A stretch of 64,000 bases of DNA from Candidatus Obscuribacteraceae bacterium (GCA_044226015.1 JBGAHS010000002.1:851435-915434); one strand, 5' to 3'; counted from the stretch's first letter, positions 31,199 through 41,368 are shown. The notes: generated by a model not told the origin, from the sequence alone. Made by a program: numbers and translations.

Positions 31199-31801
31199 AT
31201 GGTTTCAACCTCCAGAACAGTACTTTCTTTGGCCTTATTGGCTTCAGTTGTTACTTGCACGGGCTCTGCTTTAGCAGTTGAGCTAAGCAGCAAGCCAGCA
31301 GTTCCAGCTCATCACAAAATGGTGCAAAAGGCTTACAAAAGCATCAAACAAGGCGACTACGACAATGCAATTCCACTGCTTAAGAAGGCAGTTGAGATTG
31401 ACCCAAGCAACACTGATGCACATAGATATCTTGCATATTCATATCTAAAGAAGGGACTCGTAACACTTTCACTGAGCGAATCAAAAGCTCTAGTGGAAGG
31501 CGGCAGTCGAATTCCTCACGACCATTTCGCGCTCGGAGAAGCAAATTTCTACAACAGCAAATTCAAAGAAGCACTCCGAAATTACAAGGACGCTCTAGTT
31601 CTTGATCCAAAATTCACAGATGCTCGTATGGGCGTGATTCGCTCGCTTCTAGCAATGAACAAGACTCAAGAAGCGAAAGCCATCTGCGAAGACGCAGCGT
31701 ACAACTCTCCAACTATTCAGTCCAAGGGTCAATTTAAGAAACTGTTGAATGAAATGAATTCGCGAACACAAATCGCGACCACAATTAAATACGGGAGCTA
31801 A
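31199..31801 (+). CDS. Secreted TPR-repeat protein
   Basis: Signal peptide MVSTSRTVLSLALLASVVTC...; TPR motifs (AIPLLKKAVEIDPSNTDAHRYLA; YKDALVLDPKFTDARMG). Confidence 0.85.
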   Translation: MVSTSRTVLSLALLASVVTCTGSALAVELSSKPAVPAHHKMVQKAYKSIKQGDYDNAIPLLKKAVEIDPSNTDAHRYLAYSYLKKGLVTLSLSESKALVEGGSRIPHDHFALGEANFYNSKFKEALRNYKDALVLDPKFTDARMGVIRSLLAMNKTQEAKAICEDAAYNSPTIQSKGQFKKLLNEMNSRTQIATTIKYGS

Positions 31802-31803
31802 TA

Positions 31804-32340
31804 ATGACTCGAATGTGTAGATATCGAAGAAAGGGATATACATTAGCAGAAGCACCAGCCGCTCTCTGGGTCACATTTGTCTTGCTGTTTATGCCGCTGT
31901 TTTGCCTGGTCACTTGCTTGATCAGATATTCATTCCTTCTAACAGCGGCACATGAAGCCGCATATGAAGCAGCGATATCCAAAACATTCTCAACAGATGT
32001 CTCATCTGTTGATCTTTCCGCAATAAACACTGCTCAAAATATCGCAAATAACGTGGCGAAGAGTTTTTCGGGTGTGACCGTAAAAACTGTGAATACAAGG
32101 ATTGTTCGCAGCGACACTCAAACCAACGCAATTCAAGTATATACAAGCAAGCTGCCAACACCAGCTGATACCAGCAGATATGTATATGTAATGGAGACCA
32201 CAGTGGCAGGCTCAATTCTGCCAATTATCCAAGGTCACAGCGCAGGATTATTCGGTACAATACCAGGGCTGACAGCTCCGATGGAAGTGCAAGCCACATC
32301 GAGAAAAGTGGCTGAGAATCCGCAGGGACTCAATCTCTAA
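31804..32340 (+). CDS. TadE-like pseudopilin
   Basis: Prepilin-type RRKG|YTLAE, hydrophobic helix, AAHEAAYEAA. Confidence 0.8.
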   Translation: MTRMCRYRRKGYTLAEAPAALWVTFVLLFMPLFCLVTCLIRYSFLLTAAHEAAYEAAISKTFSTDVSSVDLSAINTAQNIANNVAKSFSGVTVKTVNTRIVRSDTQTNAIQVYTSKLPTPADTSRYVYVMETTVAGSILPIIQGHSAGLFGTIPGLTAPMEVQATSRKVAENPQGLNL

Positions 32341-32356
32341 TACACCGAGGAATTTT

Positions 32357-34120
32357 ATGGTACGGGTTCGAAAACAGCGTGGGCAAAGCCTGATCATCAT
32401 GATCTTCGTAATGGCTTTCCTGATACTCGGCGTGGCAGGTATGTTTACTTTCGAGATCACGCGAGCGAACCTGGCACGCGAGCAGCTTCGTTCTGCTTGC
32501 CAGGCAGCAGCTCTTGCTGGCGCAGCAACATTAGCCAGTTCAGATTTGAGTGACCCAAAACAAGCGCAGCTAGATGCCATAAGTGCTGCAATGGTTGTAT
32601 TCAAGAAAAACCTCGTCATAGGACAACCATTAACCTCCGCTACGCAAAGTGGCTCAATTAACCCACTCTTTGCTAACAAGACCCCAAACGCCAGCATGGT
32701 GTTTTTTGAGTTTTTAGATCCCAACCAGGACAACAAAGTAGTCACCCTGGGCGACGCAGATGGAAAAGTCTTGCGGGTAACATCCTCCTTTGGCTTGAAA
32801 CCAAGCTTCGCATCTTACCTCGGACTCAGCACGCTGCCAATCGAAGGAATCGCTTCTGCTGGTGTTCCACAACTCGACATTGTTCTTTGCTTTGATGTCT
32901 CCGGTTCTATCGACGACCAGACCAAGGTAACCTTTGTGAAACGCACCTGGAATGGTGCCACAGGAAAAAATAACTACACAATAACGAACGCCAAACCAGG
33001 TGCTCCGGCAGGCAACCTCGCCGAAGGCACCATCTTTGATATTTTAAAACCACCAGCAACAGGTACTGGATTTAACGCGGACTATCCACAAGGTCTTTCT
33101 GCGGCCCAATCTGGTGGAAGCTACCCACTGAGCTTTTCGGAAGCTGGAGCAGCACCAGGTTTACGCGGCAAAACTAATGCAGGCTCTCCACCAGGAAATT
33201 ACCCGGGACAGGGCGCGGGAACGGGGAATCAATATACATTCACTGACCTTGTAGTAAATATTGATGGCAATACGCATTTCAATGGTTTCAACTCAAACGG
33301 CTATAGCTTCCCAGACCTCGGAACACTAGTTGAAGCTGCCCGTGGAAACCTGGAAGACCAAAATGTTTTCACCGCCAGCAAAGCCGACACAGCACTTACA
33401 GTTCTGCCAAAATCAGGTTATCAGGCTGAGTATTTTAAGAACGCATACAAAAACACACATCCAATTTATGATGCACAACAAGCAGCTGAGCTTTTTTACA
33501 CAATTTTGAATCACGACACTGATGCACATTTTGGATTGGTCTGCTTTAACGGAACCGCTGGAACATCAGCTACCGACTCAACCTCAGACGATAATGTAGA
33601 TTCAAACTACAAGGTTGCTGGCAGCGATAAATTTCCAAAGCCGAACATTTCTGTTGTGCAAACTAAGGGTGTAAGTAATTTCAATTCTGTGATTTCTGCG
33701 CTACCTAACCTGAGAGCTGGTGGCAACACGAACATTGGTGATGCGGTCAAGAAAGCAATAGATCAACTAAAAACCAACAGCAGAATTGGTGCGCGCAAAG
33801 CAATAATCGTATTTACAGATGGTCAGCCAACAGCTGGAAGTCCGTTGGATTCCGACCCGTGGACGAATGCCAGAAAAGCAGCGAAGCTTGCAAAAGACGA
33901 AGGTATTCCAATTTACACAATTGGATTAGCACAAACTCCCGCCATCATCGATGGCGAAAAGAAGATCCTCAACGACTGGGACAACAACCAGAGCACAGGT
34001 GGAATAGCAGCAATTGCTGGAAACGGCGGACGATTTTTTCTTGTAACCAACCAACAAAACTTGCGTTTGGTTTTTGAAAACCTGGCTAGACAACTCGTTC
34101 TTCTGGTGAGAGGACAATGA
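32357..34120 (+). CDS. TadG-like pilin with vWA domain
   Basis: KQRG|QSLIIM, EQLRSACQAAALAGA (Tad_N pattern), MIDAS DVSGS...TNIG...FTDG. Confidence 0.85.
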   Translation: MVRVRKQRGQSLIIMIFVMAFLILGVAGMFTFEITRANLAREQLRSACQAAALAGAATLASSDLSDPKQAQLDAISAAMVVFKKNLVIGQPLTSATQSGSINPLFANKTPNASMVFFEFLDPNQDNKVVTLGDADGKVLRVTSSFGLKPSFASYLGLSTLPIEGIASAGVPQLDIVLCFDVSGSIDDQTKVTFVKRTWNGATGKNNYTITNAKPGAPAGNLAEGTIFDILKPPATGTGFNADYPQGLSAAQSGGSYPLSFSEAGAAPGLRGKTNAGSPPGNYPGQGAGTGNQYTFTDLVVNIDGNTHFNGFNSNGYSFPDLGTLVEAARGNLEDQNVFTASKADTALTVLPKSGYQAEYFKNAYKNTHPIYDAQQAAELFYTILNHDTDAHFGLVCFNGTAGTSATDSTSDDNVDSNYKVAGSDKFPKPNISVVQTKGVSNFNSVISALPNLRAGGNTNIGDAVKKAIDQLKTNSRIGARKAIIVFTDGQPTAGSPLDSDPWTNARKAAKLAKDEGIPIYTIGLAQTPAIIDGEKKILNDWDNNQSTGGIAAIAGNGGRFFLVTNQQNLRLVFENLARQLVLLVRGQ

Positions 34121-34599
34121 GATCACGAACTCAAAAGCGCAGCAAAAAAGGTGTGCAACTCATTGAAGTGGCCGCAAGCGCTGTTGCTTTAACTGTGATG
34201 ACTATCCTTTGTATCGATGCCTGCGTAGTGGTGCTTGGGTTTATGTTTAACGATGCGGCATGTCGTGACGCAGCTAGAGCAGCAAGCCAGGCAAACACAC
34301 TTACCAACGCTATTTCTATAGCCAAAACGACAGTAGCCGCCCACAAGGGAGATGGCATGTTCTGGAGCACCCCGGTAGTAACAAACAGCGACGTAGAGTT
34401 TCAAGACTTTGGTGGAAAAATTACCGCGACTGATGTTCCATACGTAACAGTAACAACAAATTGTTCAATTAAGATGCCGGCGCCGCTGTTCTTTTTGGGC
34501 GCAAATCTAAAACCAGATGGTTCGTTTAACTCAACTTGTCACTATACTTTTCCATTGACGAACATCACTCTAACTATTCCAGGCGAAAGCCAAAATTAG
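34117..34599 (+). CDS. TadE-like pseudopilin
   Basis: KKG|VQLIEV, hydrophobic helix, ACRDAARAA; ATGA overlap with the previous gene. Confidence 0.8.
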   Translation: MRSRTQKRSKKGVQLIEVAASAVALTVMTILCIDACVVVLGFMFNDAACRDAARAASQANTLTNAISIAKTTVAAHKGDGMFWSTPVVTNSDVEFQDFGGKITATDVPYVTVTTNCSIKMPAPLFFLGANLKPDGSFNSTCHYTFPLTNITLTIPGESQN

Positions 34600-34646
34600 C
34601 GCATCTAAGCGTGCGATGGATACTGAAAAATTTGCTAGCAAACAAA

Positions 34647-34675
34647 AACCCGGTTTCAGAAAAGGAAACCAGGTT
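34647..34675 (-). terminator. Terminator between convergent genes
   Basis: AACCCGGTTTC-agaaaag-GAAACCAGGTT with T-run on the minus strand. Confidence 0.6.
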
Positions 34676-34748
34676 ATTCAAATTGATTTGAGAGTTTGTG
34701 AGGCAAGTAATGTGTAGCGGAAATTATTCCACCTGGAGCCGGCCCAGG

Positions 34749-35198
34749 TTAAGCCGCCCAGAAAATTGTGACCTTAGCAGGTGCTACTACGTTGGAATTC
34801 ATACCATGAAACTCAACTGCATTCGGGTCAAATTGAATAGTCTCTAGTAGTTCTTGAAGCTGAGTCAAACCATCTTTTTTAGCGACGATAACCGATGTCC
34901 AGAGTGCATCTAGTTCACTTTGCTGTACTTGTTCATTGTCTAAATGTGGGCTCCAGAAACCATTTTCGCTTAAAGAGATTGTGTGCACCCACACATGACC
35001 GATTGCTAGAAGTTTGTAGTAGAGAGAGCCGTGCTCAACAGTACCGTCAGCTGTCAGACCACAAGATTCTTTAGCCATTACAGGAGTCTCCCATTGCTTC
35101 ACCCAAATGAAGAATACAAAACCATTAGTGCAATAAACGTGCAAGACTTGCACTCTCGGCTCTTTTTTCTTAGACCGAAAACCAGAGCAGTCGCTCAC
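34749..35198 (-). CDS. Hypothetical protein
   Basis: 149 aa ORF, no recognised motif, start uncertain. Confidence 0.45.
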   Translation of the reverse strand: MSDCSGFRSKKKEPRVQVLHVYCTNGFVFFIWVKQWETPVMAKESCGLTADGTVEHGSLYYKLLAIGHVWVHTISLSENGFWSPHLDNEQVQQSELDALWTSVIVAKKDGLTQLQELLETIQFDPNAVEFHGMNSNVVAPAKVTIFWAA

Positions 35199-35608
35199 CT
35201 ACCGAGTTGTAAGTAATCAAGCTTAACGCTTGTTTTTGGCATTCGCATCGGAGCAACAAACTCGGTTGCCGCCTGCTCGCGTCGTGCGGATGTATTGAGG
35301 AAAGTCGTAAAAGTCGCTGACTGTGCTCAAACACAGGGAACGAAAGCGTTTCTCAACAGTGAACTGACTCCGTCAATGGGACTTACCGCCCCCAAATTCA
35401 TCAACAGGAAGACCGAAAACCCCAAAAGGCTTGTCTTGCCATAGTTCGTAAACTCGTTGCGCAAGCCCGCAAACATCGCCAAAAATTATTGAAACATTTT
35501 TAAGCCTGCCTATAATTCTGATCGTTACTAACTCAACTTCTGCAAAGCCACGCCTGAGAAGGCGTGCGTTCCTTTGCGTTTTCCGGGTGCCAATGGGAGG
35601 GAACTTAC

Positions 35609-36647
35609 TATGTCAGCAGAAAAAAGCTCAATTGTCGAAAGCAGAGAAAACAACTCGAAAGATCTTGATTCAAGATTAGTCAGTGACGCACTAGACCTTC
35701 TTTCGAGATTCGATTCAAAGCAACACGCTGCTCAGAAAGAGCTACCGCCTCAGTTCGACAATAAGTGCATCAGCAATCTCAATGACAAAGACATCAATGC
35801 TTGCGTCGCGCGCCATGAAAAGCCATTGTTCCCACAAGCACCTGATGGTGACAAGGACATCAACGCTTGCGTGGCTCGCCATGAGAAGCCATCGTTCCCA
35901 CAAAGTCCTGGTGGTGATAAGGACATCAACGCTTGCGTGGCTCGCCATGAGAAACCATCGTTTCCACAAAGTCCTGGTGGTGACAAAGACATCAACGCTT
36001 GCGTCGCGCGCCATGAGAAACCCTTGTTCCCAAACAAGCCCGAAACTCCCAAAGATGGTGGCACAGGAAAGCCTCACCCGGGCAACGACGGGCTTTATGC
36101 CTGTTCCAATAAAATAGAGATCCCCAAAGATGGTGGCACAGGAAAGCCTCACCCGGGCAACGACGGGCTTTATGCCTGCTCCAACAAAATTGAGATCCCC
36201 AAAGACGGCAAGGGTCAAGGACACCCGGGTAACGATGGCGTTTACGCATGCTCCAACAAAATTGAGATCCCCAAAGATGGTGGCAAGGGTCAAGGACACC
36301 CCGGAAACGATGGCGTTTACGCCTGCTCCAACAAAATTGAGATCCCCAAAGACGGCAAGGGTCAAGGACACCCTGGAAACGATGGCGTTTACGCCTGCTC
36401 CAACAAAATTGAGATCCCCAAAGACGGCAAGGGTCAGGCACACCCGGGCAACGATGGGCTTCATGCTTGCTCCAACAAAATCGAGATCCCCAAGCAAGAG
36501 AATCACGCACCTTCACACCCACAGATAGACAAAACTCCTAGACCCGAATCTCCCCAAACGCCGGCACCAAAGGAATTACCCTCGAAACCTGAACAAAAGA
36601 ATCACCTGCTAGACCTTCTCAAGCAAGAATTGAAAACCAACAGATAG
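35609..36647 (+). CDS. Cys/His tandem-repeat protein (4 x type A + 6 x type B repeats)
   Basis: Likely start MSAEK after GGGAGG; repeats DKDINACVARHEKP.FPQ.P.G and HPGNDG(L/V)YACSNKIEIPKDG; synonymous differences between copies. Confidence 0.85.
35784..36493 (+). repeat. Intragenic tandem repeats, 66-bp unit x4 then 72/75-bp unit x6
   Basis: First type A units start at 35784 and 35850 (66 bp apart); type B core tgctccaacaaaattgagatccccaaaga recurs. Confidence 0.92.
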
Positions 36648-36718
36648 CATTTAGGCAACAATGCTATATACAACTGGAAATTGCGGTGATACCATAGGTA
36701 GGGTCGCCAGGAGAATTT

Positions 36719-36844
36719 ATGCGTTCACTGCCAGGATTTTTGTACCTTGTGTTTGCATCACCAATCGCCTGCTTAGCGCTATTGGCTCGCATTAACCAAC
36801 TTCTGAATTTGGTTGACCCTGCGTACAAGAAAAAGCATCGCTGA
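36719..36844 (+). CDS. Small (41 aa) hydrophobic protein, not in ORF track
   Basis: AGGAGA-attt-ATG; MRSLPGFLYLVFASPIACLALLARINQLLNLVDPAYKKKHR*. Confidence 0.55.
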   Translation: MRSLPGFLYLVFASPIACLALLARINQLLNLVDPAYKKKHR

Positions 36845-36857
36845 ACTCAACTTGAAG

Positions 36858-38072
36858 CTAGACGCTCACATTCATAAGCTCATTTTGGGCTTGCATAGTC
36901 TTTTGAAAAGCTGTCTGCAGATGATTCATAAACTCACCCACAGGCACATCATCAGAAATAAACGACTGGCTTGCACTTCCAAGTGCCGCGTCAGCTGCAT
37001 TGAGAATTGAACGAACACTCTTCACTTTGTCAGCCATGCCTTCATTGGATTTCATGGCTTTCAACTGTGTCTCGATCGCAGCGCGCATTTCAGCCATTCC
37101 TACAATAAGACCCACGGCTGAGGCTTTCTCAAAAGCCTCTTCAAAGCGCGATTGCGTAACCAATCTCTCAGCCGTTTCTATGCTGAATTGAGCCAGGGAC
37201 AAATCAACTTTCACACCGTCAGGCTGTTTATAGTTCTCTAGAATTTGCTTGGAACTATGGAGAACGACCTTAGCCCGCTCTTCCGCTGGATCTACTTCAA
37301 GCTTTTCCGCTTCTTCCTTCTTCTCGGTTTCAACTGCCTCTGCAATAGTAGCAGCAGCTAATGCAAGCTCATTAACCGACTCAGCTTGTGAAGGCGAAAA
37401 GTCCTGCTCGAGCACTTTTTCTGTGGCAGCCTCGCTGAGTTCAGTCGCAACAGAGCTGGCATTCGGCGAAGAAGCAGTAGCCGCACTCGGCTCGTCATTT
37501 GCAGCTCTCTCAATTGCCGCCTCACTCAACTCGGTGCTAACTGTACTTGTATCTGAATGCGGCACCGCTGGAAATGAACCAGAAGTACCGCTACGTCGCC
37601 GTGCTTCGACAGCTCTTTGCGCCGCCGCAGCGGCTTCCTTTGCCTTAGCGACCTTTTCGTTTTTAGCCTGACGTGCAGTAGCTAGCGCCTCTTCTCGCTT
37701 GCGTCGTGCAAGTTCGATCTCAGAAACCGGCTCAGCCGATGGTGTTGCAGCAGGTTGCGCAAGCGGTTTCTCCGAAGCGCTGGAGCTGCCATGGGTTCCA
37801 GAGACAGGCTCGGACGAACCACTATTTGCGCCGCTTGCAGCCGAATGCTTCGCACGAGCAACAGATTCACCGCCGTCACTTCTCGACGACTCACCCTCAG
37901 TCACTTTTGGTCGCAAATCCTCACGAAAGCGATTTTGCTCCTCCGCCTTACGTTGGAGATATCGCCTAGTCAAGAGAGCGGCAATGGTGCAAGAACCTGC
38001 AATAGTTAAAACGCGAAATATAATTGGAAACATAGCTGACCATCGTTCCAAAAGGGCTGAGCGCATATACAC
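36858..38072 (-). CDS. Hypothetical protein with N-terminal TM, Ala/Ser/Glu-rich linker and helical C-terminus
   Basis: 404 aa; MFPIIFRVLTIAGSCTIAALL anchor; low-complexity middle with duplicated STELSEAA/ATELSEAA. Confidence 0.75.
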   Translation of the reverse strand: MYMRSALLERWSAMFPIIFRVLTIAGSCTIAALLTRRYLQRKAEEQNRFREDLRPKVTEGESSRSDGGESVARAKHSAASGANSGSSEPVSGTHGSSSASEKPLAQPAATPSAEPVSEIELARRKREEALATARQAKNEKVAKAKEAAAAAQRAVEARRRSGTSGSFPAVPHSDTSTVSTELSEAAIERAANDEPSAATASSPNASSVATELSEAATEKVLEQDFSPSQAESVNELALAAATIAEAVETEKKEEAEKLEVDPAEERAKVVLHSSKQILENYKQPDGVKVDLSLAQFSIETAERLVTQSRFEEAFEKASAVGLIVGMAEMRAAIETQLKAMKSNEGMADKVKSVRSILNAADAALGSASQSFISDDVPVGEFMNHLQTAFQKTMQAQNELMNVSV

Positions 38073-38117
38073 ACTTTATTCAATTGTATCAGTCCCTGTG
38101 CCGAATAAAATCAAACC

Positions 38118-39638
38118 TTGCTTACGCAAGGCGCTAAGCAGCAAGTATTTAAGGCAAAACAAGCCACGGGCTGCGAAAATACAATCTATCATTTGGCGCA
38201 GATTATGAACTCCAGCTGTTCACAATTTTTGCTCGACGCCGTACTCGAAGACAAATTTGGTCTCGAGTCGTTTCGCATCAAGCAGAAAGAAGTAATCGAC
38301 GCGCTCATGGAAGGCAAACACACGCTAGCACTGTTGCCGACAGGTTACGGAAAATCACTGTGTTATCAGGTTCCTAGCCAGATTTTGCAAGGAACGACTA
38401 TTGTTGTCTCCCCATTGATTGCTTTGATGCAAGATCAATTAAGTGGACTTTCACGACGCGGAATATACAACGCTACAAGCCTGAACAGCAGCATAAGCAC
38501 TTACGAGCTTGAGGAACGTTTCGACGGTATCAAAAGTGGAGACATAAAGCTCGTTTATGTAGCGCCTGAGCGATTTGAATCTCCGCGTTTTCGTAAGCTG
38601 CTAGAGCAAATAAAAGTATCACTGGTGGTAATCGACGAAGCGCACTGCATCAGCGAATGGGGACATGATTTCAGGTTGCAATACAGAAATTTGAGCACCT
38701 ACCTGGCTCGATTTAAGGGCGCCACAATTTTGGCATTAACAGCAACAGCAACACCTCAAACGCAGCGAGATATCGTGAAAACACTCGGACTGCCACGCAT
38801 GCAAATAATTAGCGCAAATTTCGATCGCCCAAACCTTCGCTATGACGTAAAGGCACTCGGTTCTCCAGCGGAGAAAGATAAGCACCTCGTCTCGCTGCTA
38901 GATAAGCATCGCGGCTCTGCGATCGTCTACACTTCTAGCAGGAAAGAGGTTGAAAGAGTTGCCGGACTTCTGCAATCTAACGGCTTTGCAGCGTGTCATT
39001 ATCACGCAGGGCTGGATAGTACTCAAAGACAGAGAACGCAACGAGATTTTGAAACCGAGAAGAAGTCGATCATAGTTTCAACTGTCGCATTCGGCATGGG
39101 AATTGATAAAGCTAATATTCGGCAGGTCATTCATTTCAACATGCCACCGTCTCTGGAAAACTATTACCAGGAAGCTGGTCGCGCCGGGCGTGATGGCGAA
39201 AGTGCTCTTTGTTCGCTTCTATACCAGGCTAAAGACATAAGTACGCTGAAATGGCTCGTAAGCAGAAACTACCCTAGCGAAGATGAGCTGAACATGATTT
39301 TTAACGAGATACACAAACAGGGCATGAACCCGATTCGCGTTTTTGAATTGAGTCAGCGCTTGTCGGTCGGCGAAGGCGCGCTTCTAGCAGGTCTGTCGTT
39401 ATTGCGAAACCTCCAGCTAATTGACGCCACTGCAGATGGTGCATATTTTGACAGACATTGTGGAGCGGCTCCGAAAATTGATATGACGACATTACATCAA
39501 CGAAAGCAGCACGAACTCGATCGCTTGCAACACATGATTAATTACAGCAGCGCTGGGCGATGCCGAAGGGAAAGCATTTTGGATTATTTTGGGCAAGCGC
39601 TTCAATATCCCTGCTCGGGATGTGATGTTTGCTATTAG
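38118..39638 (+). CDS. recQ: RecQ family helicase (no HRDC)
   Basis: LPTGYGKSLCYQ, DEAHCISEWGHDFR, TATAT, YYQEAGRAGRDG, C-terminal CRR...CSGCDVC; start may be the ATG near 38205. Confidence 0.9.
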   Translation: MLTQGAKQQVFKAKQATGCENTIYHLAQIMNSSCSQFLLDAVLEDKFGLESFRIKQKEVIDALMEGKHTLALLPTGYGKSLCYQVPSQILQGTTIVVSPLIALMQDQLSGLSRRGIYNATSLNSSISTYELEERFDGIKSGDIKLVYVAPERFESPRFRKLLEQIKVSLVVIDEAHCISEWGHDFRLQYRNLSTYLARFKGATILALTATATPQTQRDIVKTLGLPRMQIISANFDRPNLRYDVKALGSPAEKDKHLVSLLDKHRGSAIVYTSSRKEVERVAGLLQSNGFAACHYHAGLDSTQRQRTQRDFETEKKSIIVSTVAFGMGIDKANIRQVIHFNMPPSLENYYQEAGRAGRDGESALCSLLYQAKDISTLKWLVSRNYPSEDELNMIFNEIHKQGMNPIRVFELSQRLSVGEGALLAGLSLLRNLQLIDATADGAYFDRHCGAAPKIDMTTLHQRKQHELDRLQHMINYSSAGRCRRESILDYFGQALQYPCSGCDVCY

Positions 39639-39799
39639 AGGATCCCTGCTTCTCACGAATGCTGTGCCAGCGAGTACTTTAACGAATACTTCCCCTATAA
39701 CTTGCAACCCGTTTATTAGCCTAGCCAAAACAGTGCTTAGGACTGGTGGACTGGACACATGCGTCATAATTCGGATCGTTCGGCGACGTGCGTGAGTGC

Positions 39800-41368
39800 T
39801 CATTCAGCGATTGTTATGGAACCGCCAGATTCCTCTAATACGCGATTTGCGTTAGTTCGCGTTTTAGCACCGTGCTCAGCGAGCATTGAGGCAATATCAG
39901 TGTGCCCGTTTCGAAGGGCAACATCCAGGGGGGTATATCCCCAGCCATCTTCCGAATTCAGATTTACACCCAATTCGAGAAGGTACTGCACCACATTCAA
40001 ACGACCTTCGTTTGAGGCAAGATGGAGGGCAGTGCATCCATTGTAGTCTTGAATATCAGGATCTAAACCGCCAGCAATGAGGCGGCGCATTTCATTCAAA
40101 TCACCTTCCATTGCAGCAGAACAAAACGCAATGACTCCAGCATATTTGGCTTCATGCCGATTGCGCCGAGGGTCGATGCGATCGTCCTTCAAACCGATGG
40201 TGCTATCGAATGCGTGAAACTTGAATCGAGCAGAGAGTCGCTTGCAAAAATCAATGCCACGAACTGAATTTCCCAGCTCATCCAAACGAGGTGACCAGAG
40301 AGCTATTCCCATCAGATTTGGAATGACAAGCAAAATAGCACCGGAAACACCACTCTTACCAGGAATTCCCACACGAAAAGCAAATTCACCAGAGAAATCA
40401 TACATACCGCAAGAAGACATAAGTGAAAGGCAATCTTTGACGTGATTTGATCTGAACACCTTGTTGCCAGTCAGAGGGCAGGTTCCGCCATTAGCCAAGG
40501 TAGCTGCAATCACCGACATTGCGCGGGTGGTGACTTCAATAGAACAACATTGAAAGTAGAAATCCAGAACATCCAAGATATCTACACCTTCAGGAAAAGC
40601 GCCCTTTTCTCGCATGAAATATGCAAGTGCAAAATTGCGATCTCCGGTTTGTCGTTCTGAAAGATATACAGCATTGTCAAAACCGACTTTCATATTGCCG
40701 GACAGGTCTTTCCACTTACTCATCACGAAGTCAAAACGATCTGACGCAGTAGAACCACGCCTAATCAAGGCACCACTCATGATGGCACCAGCATTGATCA
40801 TCGGGTTGTGAGGACGCCCCTTCGCGTTGAGAGTCAATTCGTTGAAGGTTTTGCCGCTCGGTTCTGTGCCAACATAATTGTGAACCTCATCCTCACCATT
40901 CTCATCCAGCGCCAGGCAATACGTGATGGGTTTAGAGCAAGACTGAACACAAAAGAAATCGTCTGCATCACCGATTGCAAATTGTTGACCATCGATAGAG
41001 CAAACCGCCATTGAGAATTTGTCTGGGTCGACGCGCGACAGCTGAGGAATGTAGTCCGCAAGGTCGCCTCCCTCGTTGGCGCGCACAATTTCGAAGATGT
41101 GCGCAAGTTCAGAGGAGAAGTTGGCAAAATGCGGAATCGACATTTGCCCACTCAGCACTTTGTCAAACAGGGCAGGAGAGCAAGCCTGGAGTTCACGGAA
41201 TTGTTCAGGTCCCAAATCAGTTTCGACAGCCTTCAATTTTCGAAAGAAGGCAGAGGCGCGGGGATCATTTTCCAGAATGCCAGCTTCCGAAAAGATTTCA
41301 TGGAGGGTTTGTCGAGAAACCTTTGCCCCTGAAGCATACGCTTTGAATAAATCGGTATTATCGGACAT
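39800..41368 (-). CDS. glsA: Glutaminase with C-terminal ankyrin repeats
   Basis: ADYIPQL, QSCSK (catalytic SxxK), HNPMINAGA, CGMYDFSG, KSGVSG; ankyrin motifs TALHLASNEG, TPLDVALRNG. Confidence 0.93.
   Translation of the reverse strand: MSDNTDLFKAYASGAKVSRQTLHEIFSEAGILENDPRASAFFRKLKAVETDLGPEQFRELQACSPALFDKVLSGQMSIPHFANFSSELAHIFEIVRANEGGDLADYIPQLSRVDPDKFSMAVCSIDGQQFAIGDADDFFCVQSCSKPITYCLALDENGEDEVHNYVGTEPSGKTFNELTLNAKGRPHNPMINAGAIMSGALIRRGSTASDRFDFVMSKWKDLSGNMKVGFDNAVYLSERQTGDRNFALAYFMREKGAFPEGVDILDVLDFYFQCCSIEVTTRAMSVIAATLANGGTCPLTGNKVFRSNHVKDCLSLMSSCGMYDFSGEFAFRVGIPGKSGVSGAILLVIPNLMGIALWSPRLDELGNSVRGIDFCKRLSARFKFHAFDSTIGLKDDRIDPRRNRHEAKYAGVIAFCSAAMEGDLNEMRRLIAGGLDPDIQDYNGCTALHLASNEGRLNVVQYLLELGVNLNSEDGWGYTPLDVALRNGHTDIASMLAEHGAKTRTNANRVLEESGGSITIAE

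Noticed and set aside
35742..36528. Repetitive ORFs in other frames/strand, or a CRISPR array
   Set aside because: Repeat periods are multiples of 3 with synonymous variation in the + frame and no unique spacers; the other frames are shadows
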